Below are positions 1-8,994 of a stretch of 26,024 nucleotides of DNA, piece after piece (positions within the stretch are counted from its first letter, which is position 1; each line of letters opens with the position of its first letter). The notes under the pieces were generated by a model. The model did no database searches. It saw only the letters and a list, made by a program, of their open reading frames with translations, and was not told where the DNA came from. The stretch lies in assembly GCF_006345805.1 (NCBI RefSeq), contig NW_021836004.1:1-26024 (forward strand). Reading direction: 5' to 3'. The translations under genes were made by a program, and so were the position numbers. Source of the stretch: Octopus sinensis. Taxonomy: Eukaryota.

Positions 1-650
1 ACATATATATATATATACACACACACACATATATATATATGTATATATACTGACATACCTGCATACTCATATACAAAAACACACATTTGCACACACACAC
101 ACACACACACACACACAATATATACATGCACAGGCATATATCTATATATATACATATACACACACACGTCTATATATACATAAGCGCATGTAAATATTTA
201 ATCAAGTGCCTCATTCACTGACCCTTGATAAATACACACACACACACACACACACTCACTCCAGCATACACACACACACAACGCAACACTTGCTGATGAG
301 AAAACAATATATACACCTGCTTAGAGGATGTAGATAACAGCTTGGGAAGAACGATTTACAAGAATGGTAGCACACACACACACACACACATATATATACA
401 CACACTCAAATATGCACACACAAACATACATGTACACAAACACACACATATATATATACACATACAAAAACACATATATATATCTATACACATTCAATAT
501 GTACACACACATATATAATGCACAAACATATATACACACAAACACACATACATGCACAAATATACACACACGCACACACACACACACAGATATACACACA
601 CATACATATACAAATACATACATAGATATACACACACACACACACACACA
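1..650. repeat. Compound (TA)n/(CA)n microsatellite field
   Basis: Interleaved TA and CA dinucleotide runs; source of the HT/CV/YI-rich spurious ORFs. Confidence 0.95.
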
Positions 651-757
651 AATGGTTCCGGGTTCAGTTCCACGGCATGGCATCTTGGGCAAGTGTCTTC
701 TACTATAACCTTGGGCCGACCAAAGCCTTGTGAGTGGATTTGGTAGACGGAAACTGA
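651..757 (+). mobile_element. 5' half of tRNA-derived CORE-type SINE (main family in window)
   Basis: B-box-like GGTTCAGTTCC and CORE-like CTTGGGCAAGTG; aligns by eye to the full copy at 8995-9410. Confidence 0.85.
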
Positions 758-807
758 ACAAGTATAGTATTAATGGATGTCTAGTATTATTGACCCCACC
801 AGAAACG

Positions 808-1169
808 GAAACAGTATGGTATCGCTTCCGTGCCCACCCTGTTGTCCATGGATACCCTGCTGTCATTGGTATCGCTTCTGTGCCCAGATTTAGCCCCTGA
901 AGACTTCCATCTCTTCCCCAAGATGAAAATGTGTCTCAAAGGTCTCTGCTTTGACACCATTGTCAAGACTGAAAACAAATTGTAGAAGGTCCTTGACACA
1001 ATGACGGAAAATTGACTTCCAGGTTGGATTCCAAAAGTGACGGGAATGCTGGGACAGGTGCAGTGCTGTGCAAGGAGACTATTTCAAAGGAGAAGATGTT
1101 AAAAATTAGGTAAATAAGTTATTTTTTAATGAGCATAATTAGTCTGGGAACTTTTTGATATCACCTCGT
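808..1169 (+). mobile_element. Degenerate Tc1/mariner transposon, 3' end with right TIR
   Basis: Translates to NSMVSLP...CPDLAPEDFHLFPKMK (YSPDLAP motif region), then after a stop and a frameshift to DFQVGFQK*RECWDRCSAVQGDYFKGED, a typical mariner C-terminus. TIR-like end reads (reverse complement) ACGAGGTGATATCAAAAAGTTCCCAGACT, followed by TA. Confidence 0.88.
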
Positions 1170-1174
1170 TAAGT

Positions 1175-1207
1175 CTGTGTGTATGTGTGTGTGTGTGTGT
1201 TTGCATG

Positions 1208-1255
<48 letters not shown>

Positions 1256-1379
1256 ATGAGGTGTGTGTGTGTGTGTGTGTTGTGTTGTGTTTGCATGAGG
1301 TGTGTGTGTGTGTTGTGTGTTGTGGTGTGTGTGTGTGTGTGTTTGCATGAGGTGTGTGTGTGTGTGTTTGCATGAGGTG

Positions 1380-1410
<31 letters not shown>

Positions 1411-1420
1411 TGTTTGCATG

Positions 1421-1458
<38 letters not shown>

Positions 1459-1670
1459 ATGAGGTGTGTGTGTGTGTGTGGTGTGTGTGTGTGTTGTGTT
1501 TGATGAGGTGTGTTGGTTGTGTGTGTGTGTGTGTGTGTGGTTTGCATGAGGTTTTGTTGTGTGGTGTGTGTGTGTTGTTGTGTGTGTGTTTGCATGAGGT
1601 GTGTGTGTGTGTGTGGTGTGTGTGTGTGTTTGCATGAGGTGTGTGTGTGTGTGTGGTGTGTGTTTGCATG

Positions 1671-1714
<44 letters not shown>

Positions 1715-1717
1715 ATG

Positions 1718-1752
<35 letters not shown>

Positions 1753-1764
1753 TGTGGTTTGCAT

Positions 1765-1804
<40 letters not shown>

Positions 1805-1835
1805 ATGAGGTGTGGTGTGTGTGTGTGTTTGCATG

Positions 1836-1877
<42 letters not shown>

Positions 1878-1927
1878 ATGGGGTGTGTGTGTGGTGTGTG
1901 TTGTGTGTGTGTGTGTGTGTTTGCATG

Positions 1928-1969
<42 letters not shown>

Positions 1970-1974
1970 ATGAG

Positions 1975-2010
<36 letters not shown>

Positions 2011-2108
2011 ATGAGGTGTGTGTGTGTGTGTGGTGTGTGTGTGTGTGTGTTTGCAATGAGGTGTGTGTGTGTGTGTTGTGTGGGTGTGTGTGTGTGTTTG
2101 CATGAGGT

Positions 2109-2144
<36 letters not shown>

Positions 2145-2300
2145 ATGAGGTGTGTGTGTGTGGTTGTGTGTGTGTGTGTGTGTGTTTGCATGAGGTGTGT
2201 GTGTGTGTGTGTGTGGTGTGGTGTGTGTGTGTTTTTGCATGAGGTGTGTGGTGTTGTGTGTGTGTGTGTGTGTGTGTGTTTGCATGAGGTGTGTGTGTTT
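1175..2300. repeat. (GT)n array punctuated by TTGCATGAG (about 26 interruptions, variable period)
   Basis: Seen directly in sequence. Confidence 0.95.
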
Positions 2301-2493
2301 GTGTTACCGTCACTGCTTGACAACCAACGTTGGTTTGTTAACATCCCCATGACTTAGCAGTCCAGCAAGAGAGACCAAGAGAATAACAATAAAAGAAACA
2401 AAAGTCCCGGGGTCGATTCGTTTGACTACAACCCCTTCGAGGTGGTGCCCCAGCATGGCCAGAGTCCAATGATTGAAACAAGTTCAAAGATAA
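2297..2493 (+). mobile_element. 3' half of main-family SINE (diverged)
   Basis: CTTGACAACC...GTCCCGGGGTCGAT...CCAGCATGGCC...GAAACAAG matches the 3' half of the 8995-9410 copy. Confidence 0.85.
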
Positions 2494-3024
2494 ATCTGTA
2501 ATTATCTGATTAATTCTTAACGATGATAACCTCGCTGAACGTCACACTTCGACGCCACCAGACACACAGACAGATTTATCAATTGCCAAACTTCGGCTTC
2601 ACTCTACGACATCGTTAAATTTTTAATTAATTGAGAATTTCCTCAGTTCTCTCCCCCTTGGTTCCCCGCAGAAACCCCAGGACAAAAACATTAAAAACCT
2701 TCGTTATCGCTAATTCGTTATTCCTTTTAATTACTGCTTCAAATTTAAAGTGATTAAACTTTTTTGTTTGTTTGTTGTTGGTTGACGAGTTTAGTCGAGC
2801 ATAGGGAGACTAATGGGGGGGGGGAATGGGGTTAGGGGTTACTGGGGGGGTCGATGGTGGTGGTGGTGGTGTGTTGGGGTTAATTTCAATGGTGGTTTGT
2901 TGTGGTTTATAGGTGTGTGTGAAGAGGGAGACGGTGGGAAGAAGAGGAAGAGAGAGAGAGAAGACATAGTGGGGTACTGTGGCTGGGTGTACCTCTAGTG
3001 GACATTTGGGGTACTGTCAGCTGA

Positions 3025-3582
3025 TACACTCACACACATACACACACACACTCAAACACTCACTCACACATACACACACTCGTATATACTCTCATGCACA
3101 CACACACACAGACACACGCATTCAGTCTCACACACACACACACACACACACTCACAGCCTCAGACACACACACACACGCTCACAGCCTCAGACACACACA
3201 AGTGCACACACACTCACAGCCTCAGACACACACACGTGCACACACACTCACAGCCTCAGACACACAAGTGCACACACACTCACAGCCTTAGACACACACA
3301 CGTGCACACACACTCACAGCCTCAGACACACACACGTGCACACACACTCACAGCCTCAGACACACACAAGTGCACACACACTCACAGCCTCAGACACACA
3401 CACACGTGCAAACACTCACAGCCTCAGACACACACACACTCACAGCCTCAGACACACACACACTCACAGCCTCAGACACACACACACATGCACACACACT
3501 CACAGCCTTACACTCAAACACATATGTGCATACACACACACACACACACACACACTCACAGTATCACACACACACACACACA
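3025..3582. repeat. CA-rich minisatellite with core CACTCACAGCCTCAGAC (about 12 copies, 3150-3510)
   Basis: Seen directly; period about 22-34 bp with GTGCAC variants. Confidence 0.92.
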
Positions 3583-3744
3583 CGTTGCTCCAGTCCACTC
3601 AGCTGGCAAAAAGGAGTAACTCTGCGATGGACTAGGGTCCCGTCCAGCTGGGGAACACATACGCCACTGAAACCGGAAACTGGGCCCATGAGCCTGGCTA
3701 GGCTTTAAAAGGGCGCATTTATTATTATTATTATTATTATTATT
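3583..3744 (+). mobile_element. 3' part of a second SINE family with (ATT)n tail
   Basis: Shares TTGCTCC.GTCCACTCAGCTG with the SINE at 19993-20165 and ends in AAAAGGGCGCAT(TTA)n. Confidence 0.7.
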
Positions 3745-3748
3745 CAAT

Positions 3749-3930
3749 ACACTCACTGGTAAAATTTCCACTCATTCCCTTATTTTTATTTTCCTAAAAT
3801 TTTCGTTGCATCTTGCAACCTTTTCAATAGTTATTGATTAGACAGCAAGTGATCAAAAAGGTTGCACGATGCAATGAAAATTTTAGGCAAAATAAAGAAG
3901 GAAATGAGTGGAAATTTTATCAGTGTGTGT
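3749..3930. repeat. Imperfect long inverted repeat (about 76-bp arms, 31-nt spacer), probable Penelope-like element remnant
   Basis: Arms 3749-3824 and 3856-3930 are reverse complements, roughly 85-90% identical by eye; contains a hammerhead-like motif. Confidence 0.85.
3794..3830 (-). ncRNA. Minimal type I hammerhead-like motif, U3-A8 core variant
   Basis: Minus strand: CUA UUGAAAA G GUUGCA-AGA-UGCAAC GAAA AUU U UAG. Stem I CUA/UAG, 6-bp stem II with G-C closure, GAAA, palindromic AAUU stem III. Confidence 0.55.
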
Positions 3931-4230
3931 GTTAAATTATAAGGCACTAAAAGAGAATGACCCTCCCCAGACACAACAGAATGTAACTTTTAATTTTTTT
4001 GTTAAAAATAAATATTGTACGTGCTTCTTTTTTCTTAATTGTATACCCTCAATTTCTGAACCCCCCTATATGTATATATATATATAAAAGCAATTAAGAT
4101 TCAAGTCAATTCTAATGAATTCACTTGAATGCGGTACTTAACTTAGATGCACCAGAAAACTATATGGTGTTAACCATACAGTAATGTGAGGTGATTATAA
4201 ACGAGAAAGAAGCAACAAGAATGGATTAGT

Positions 4231-4321
4231 TTTTAGTACAATTGTTTCATACAAAGACAGGCTTTATTAAAAGTTGCAAATATTGCAGCAGATAAAAGTG
4301 TCCCATACTCATCAGCTAAAA
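4231..4321 (-). ncRNA. Type I hammerhead ribozyme motif (mirror copy in left arm)
   Basis: Exact reverse complement of 4366-4456. Confidence 0.78.
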
Positions 4322-4365
4322 TACATATCAGCCTCACCCACTAAGATATTTGGAGAACTCATGTA

Positions 4366-4456
4366 TTTTAGCTGATGAGTATGGGACACTTTTATCTGCT
4401 GCAATATTTGCAACTTTTAATAAAGCCTGTCTTTGTATGAAACAATTGTACTAAAA
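4366..4456 (+). ncRNA. Type I hammerhead ribozyme motif with canonical core and long stem II
   Basis: UUUUAG(4366-71) CUGAUGA(4372-78) [60-nt stem II, 4379-4438] GAAA(4439-42) CAAUU GUA(4448-50) CUAAAA(4451-56). Stem I 6 bp, stem III palindrome ACAAUUGU, GUA cleavage triplet. Confidence 0.8.
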
Positions 4457-4504
4457 ACTAATCCATTCTTGTTGCTTCTTTCTCGTTTATATATATACAT
4501 ATAT

Positions 4505-4702
4505 AACGGGAAGGTTTACAAAAATAAACAAAAGACGAAGGCAGGTGGAGTACAAACAAACAAATGTATTAGTATGGCGCTCAGGAATAGAAATAGAAAA
4601 AGTGTTTTACGTTTCGAGCATACGCTCCTCGACAGAAAGATACACAGAAAAGAAACAAGGAGAGAAAAAAATGTGTGTAGGAGCTAACGATCCAACATGG
4701 CG

Positions 4703-4703
<1 letters not shown>
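4505..4703 (-). mobile_element. Short Penelope-like element fragment (family shared with 20715-20930 and, more distantly, 24000-24205)
   Basis: AAACAAAAGACGAAG.CAGG...TGTATTAGT...TTTCGAGC...AAACAAGGAGAGAAAA is shared with the 20.7-kb copy; (TA)n-flanked; carries a hammerhead-like motif. Confidence 0.65.
4604..4639 (-). ncRNA. Minimal hammerhead-like motif (GAGC/GCUC stem II family)
   Basis: Minus strand: CUUU CUGUCGA G GAGC-GUAU-GCUC GAAA CGU A AAAC; core deviates at A6. Confidence 0.55.
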
Positions 4704-4751
<48 letters not shown>

Positions 4752-5204
4752 TATACACACACACATGCATATATAAAACCCCCACACAAAACACACATAT
4801 ATAACCCCCCACACACACACATATACTGCACATACACAAACATGCGCACACTCGTCTAATATAAAAGTAATTAATTAGTCCTGTGTAACCTCGTTAACGA
4901 AAGATCAGCTTCTCTCTGTTGTTGTCCATGGAAATTAAATCTTTGGTCAATTAGCCCAAAATAACAGAGATAATTACAGAATGCACCCCCCCCCCTGCCC
5001 GCCCCCCTCTCGACACTGAACTTGTTTAAAAACTCACTTCTTCATTAAGATATAGGCTCGTTTTCATTAAGCAGCTGGTAATTAACATGGAATGAATGGA
5101 ATCTGGATGGATGGGGGTGTAGGATGAAGGGTTTATGGGGTGCTGACAGATGGGCTCAGCAGGCTGAGAAGGTTCTGACACAAAGAATATATTTTGTACC
5201 AGTT

Positions 5205-5322
5205 TTGGATTCTATTGGTGGTTTGTAAGCCTAGTACTTATTCTATCAGTCTCTTTTGCTGAACCACTAAGTTACGGGGATGTAAACACACCAACATCAG
5301 TTGTCAAGCAATGGTGGTGGGA
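5205..5322 (-). mobile_element. Main-family SINE, internal 3' fragment
   Basis: AAGCCTAGTACTTATTCTATC.GTCTCTTTTGC...GTTGTCAAGC matches the reverse complement of 9232-9315. Confidence 0.8.
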
Positions 5323-5438
5323 TAAATTTTCTATAGGGGTAACAGGGTGCATAAGTAATAAAAAGGTAAAATAAAAACTTCACCATAATGGGATACGCCA
5401 ACAGGTCCAGAAAAAGAAGGAGGGATTAATGCCATCCA

Positions 5439-5586
5439 TAACGTTCAGAAGTAATCCTAATAGTTCTTAAGATTATGTTAATAATATTAATTAATAGTTT
5501 AATTACTGGGCATTTTATTAGGATAAACTATTCATTAGTATTATTAACATAATCTTAAGAACTATTAGGATTACTGCTGAACATTA
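5439..5586. repeat. AT-rich inverted repeat (about 60-bp arms, 22-nt loop)
   Basis: 5443-5501 and 5524-5582 are reverse complements with 3 mismatches. Confidence 0.9.
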
Positions 5587-5599
5587 AACACTGTTTCGA

Positions 5600-5998
5600 C
5601 CCTGTGCTTGAGGAGACCTACTGAGTCAAGTACATCAACATCAAAAATCATTGGAAATTGTAGTTGTGATCCCTGTGCCAGTGGCATGTAAAAAGCACCA
5701 ACAGAATGTGGCTGATGCCAGCGCCACCTTGACTGGCTTCCGTACCGGTGGCATGTAAAAAGCATCAACCGATCATGACAGTTGCCAGCCTCCCCTATCA
5801 CCTGTGCTGGTGGCACCTAAAAAGCACCCACTACACTCTCGGAGTGGTTGGCGTTAGGAGGCAGCAGGCGTAAAAAGCCATCACCAGATGTGACAAACGC
5901 CTGGTGCTGCCTCCTGGCTTGCCAGACCCCGGTCGAACCATCCAACCCATGCCAGCATGGAGAAAGAACGTTAAACGATGATGATGGTGATGATGATT
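5600..5998 (+). mobile_element. (GAT)n-tailed non-autonomous retroposon (RTE-associated by tail type; family not assigned)
   Basis: Three GGTGGCA.GTAAAAAGCACC-like modules, GGAGTGGTTGGCGTTAGGA, CCAACCCATGCCAGCATGG and a (GAT)n tail; many copies in the window. Confidence 0.75.
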
Positions 5999-6140
5999 AT
6001 GGATGGCACTTTCACTCCTCCTTTTTCTAGACTGACCTATTGTTATGGTAATACGCTAATACGAAATTCCAGTCATGACACACCATAAATCACAATCGTC
6101 AGTCATCAATCAACACCTCCACTGCAGTAACTAAGATGGC

Positions 6141-6512
6141 TTTTATTCAGGCATAGTGTATCTAGGACTACATTATTTAATGTATAGTATAGTAGTTAGT
6201 ATTAGTGGCTATAGTTATTGTTGTTTAACCCCAGGTCAGTCCTGATCCATACAGACCTATGATCAAAGATGCTCCAGCTATGACCATCCCATATTTTATT
6301 CAGTCACATCTTTTATTCAGGCATAGTGTATCTAGGACTACATTATCTAATGTATAGTATAGTAGTAAGTATTCGTGGCTATAGTTGTTGTTTAGCCCAA
6401 GGTCAGTCCTGATCCAGGCAGACCTATGATGAAAGATGTTCCAGCTGTGACCATCCCATCTTATATTCAGGCCTAGTGTATCTAGGACTACATTATCCAA
6501 TGTATAGTATAA
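6141..6512. repeat. Tandem repeat of 150-170 bp, about 2.3 copies
   Basis: TT(T/A)TATTCAGGC(A/C)TAGTGTATCTAGGACTACATTAT starts at 6141, 6311 and 6461. Confidence 0.9.
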
Positions 6513-7023
6513 GTGTAAGTGGGTGTAGTTTTTTGTTGTGTCCATTTTCAGCTGGAAACGGAGAAACGGGGATGAAGGAGAGAGAAATCTATTAAAGTTT
6601 GGAACTTGACAAGATTTTGACAGAAAAATCCAAAGGATTTTCCTCCAAATCTGATGAGATGGAAAAGGTTGGAGTGTTTTGGATGGAATATTCAAAATGA
6701 TGGACAGAAAAATTAGTTTGTATGTGTATAGGGAGAGAGAGAGGGAGAGAGAGAGAGTGGTGTGTGTGTATGTACACAGGTTTATGAGTGTTTGTGTGTA
6801 TGTGCATGCTTTATAGTGTATATATATATATAACAAACACACACACATAACAATTTTGCCAGCATGCCGTATGGATGTTCTGATATTTTCATACATATAT
6901 ATTTGTATGTGCTTCTATGTGTGTGTGTGTTTCTCTCATTGTGTATATATATATATGTGTGAGTGTGTGTGTATGTTTCTGTGTGTGTGTGTGTATACAT
7001 ATATATTATTCTTTTCTTTTTTC

Positions 7024-7408
7024 TTTTACTTGTTTCAGTCATTTGACTGTGGCCATGCTGGAGCACCGCCTTTAGTCAAGCAAATCGACCCCAGGACTTA
7101 TTCTTTGTAAGCCCAGTACTTATTCTATTGGTCTCTTTTGTTGAACCGCTAAGTGACGGGGACATAAACACACCAGCATCGGCTGTCAAGCAATGCTAGG
7201 GAGACAAACACAGACACACAAACACAAACACACACATACATATATATATACATATACATATATATGACGGGCTTCTTCCACTCACAAGGCATTGGTCTGC
7301 CCAGGGCTATAGCAGAAGACACTTGCCCAAGGTTCCATGCAGTGGGACTGAACCCGGAACCATGTGGTTGGTTAGCAAGCTACTTACCACACATCCACTC
7401 CTACGCCT
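7024..7408 (-). mobile_element. Near full-length main-family CORE-type SINE
   Basis: Reverse complement of 8995-9410 with a small internal deletion. Confidence 0.92.
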
Positions 7409-7455
<47 letters not shown>

Positions 7456-7560
7456 AGTGTGTGTGTGTGTGTGTGTGTTATACATATATATATATTATTT
7501 ATTATAATTATACATACCTACACACACACATATCATATATATATATGTATATCTTTTATC

Positions 7561-7666
7561 TTTTACATGTTTCTGTCATTTGACTGTGGCCATGCTGGGG
7601 CACCAGCTTGAAGGGTTTAATCAAACAAATTGACCCCAGAACCTCATCTTTTAAAGCTTGGTACTT
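7561..7666 (-). mobile_element. Main-family SINE 3' end fragment
   Basis: GTCATTTGACTGTGGCCATGCTGG...GACCCCAG. Confidence 0.8.
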
Positions 7667-7920
7667 GTAAAGTGGTTGGTGCTTGGAAGGGAATCCAGCT
7701 GTAAAAACCTTGCAAAGACTGACCTCGCCTGTGCTTGTGCCCCGTAAAAAGCACTCACTCCACTCTATTGAGTGGACGGTGTTAGGAAGGGCATCAAGCT
7801 GTAAAAACCATGCCAAAGCAATCACAGAAGCCTGGTTGGCTCCTGTCAAACCGTCCCACCCATGCCAGCATGTAAGGTGGATGTTAAACGATGATGGTGA
7901 TGATGATGATGATGATGATG
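7667..7920 (+). mobile_element. (GAT)n-tailed retroposon, with duplicated GTGGTTGG..AGGAAGGGCATCCAGCTGTAAAAACC module
   Basis: Same motifs as 5600-5998; long GAT tail. Confidence 0.78.
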
Positions 7921-7956
7921 TATGTATGACCCTCACTTCGTGGATTTGATAGACAA

Positions 7957-8078
7957 CTTCTTTTGGTTTCCGTCTCTCAAATCCATTTGCAAGGCTTTGC
8001 CTGGCCTGGGGCTATAATAGAACACACTTTCCCAAGGTGCTGTAGAGCAGGATTGAACCTGGAACCATGTGGTTGGGA
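7957..8078 (-). mobile_element. Main-family SINE 5' half (diverged)
   Basis: TTTCCGTCT..CAAATCCA...CCCAAGGTG...GAACCATGTGGTTGG. Confidence 0.78.
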
Positions 8079-8809
8079 AAAAAAAATTCACAAACTTCTT
8101 GACTGCCCCTGTTGTATCTGTGTGTGTGTGTGTGTGTGTGCTCGCATGTATGTCTGTGTGCGTCAATGTGTATTATGTATATATTGCATAAATATACATG
8201 CACACACCTGCATATACACACACATACACATGTGTGTATATGCAGGTGTGTGCATGTATATTTATGCAATATAATTTGGGATATACATTATATATATATA
8301 TATATATAATATACATGCCTATATACATATATATATATATGCAACCTCACCTGGGTGTGTGAAATACCTGTGTTATCTTTAAAAGATATCAACATGAAAC
8401 TTGGAGTTGGAAATCATATTACAAGACATATAGGCATGCATGCACGTGTGTGTGTGTATATATGTATGTGTGTATGTGTTTGTGAGTGTATGTGTGTGCA
8501 TGTGTGTGTATGTGTGTGCATGTGTGTGTATGTGTGTGCGTATTCCATAGCTATTTATAGACCTACACACCTATTAATCAGATGATTGTCTGCCCTGCCC
8601 TGCACAGTAATGTTACCCCCCACACACACACACCTTCCTACCATGTCCCACATCCTTTCCTTTAACCAGCATCTCTACTCCATCTCTCACGCATCAGTGC
8701 TGCTTCTTCATCATCGCCCCCTCATCTCCACCCCCAGCTCACGTCATGTATCACTGATATACCTGTAGTTAGTAACACACCTGTCACTGCTACCTGTGTC
8801 AGGTCCATG

Positions 8810-8953
8810 ATGGCGTTAGGAAGGGCATCCAGCTGTAGAGACATTACCAGATCAGACTGGGCCTGGTGCAGCCTCCTGGCTTCCCTGACCCCAGTCGAAC
8901 CGTCCAACCCATGCTAGCACGGAGAGCGGATGTTAAATGATGATGATGATGAT
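8810..8953 (+). mobile_element. (GAT)n-tailed retroposon 3' end
   Basis: GGCGTTAGGAAGGGCATCCAGCTGTAG...CCAACCCATGCTAGCA...(GAT)n. Confidence 0.82.
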
Positions 8954-8994
8954 ATATACATACATACATGTGTGTATATATATATATATATAAT

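Larger units (their letters stand above)
4088..4491. mobile_element. Penelope-like (pseudo-LTR type) palindromic element: perfect 131-bp arms, 34-nt spacer, about 110-bp one-sided extension
   Basis: 4196-4326 is the exact reverse complement of 4361-4491; flanked by (TA)n; each arm carries a hammerhead. Palindrome is seen directly, PLE assignment is inference. Confidence 0.75.

Noticed and set aside
293-306. CTGATGA followed by GAAAAC as a hammerhead
   Set aside because: No room for stem II and no stem I or III pairing.
1175-2300. TTGCATGAG repeats with variable spacers as CRISPR-like
   Set aside because: The spacers are only (GT)n of different lengths and the repeat is 9 bp.
2828-2840. GGGGTTAGGGGTTA as an interstitial telomeric repeat
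   Set aside because: Only two imperfect units within a G-rich tract.
6651-6670. CTGATGAGATGGAAA as a hammerhead
   Set aside because: Stem II cannot form and the would-be cleavage position is G.
6300-6896. 198-aa minus-strand ORF with a complex-looking middle
   Set aside because: It is assembled from microsatellite, unique AT-rich DNA and the tandem repeat, with no recognisable motif.
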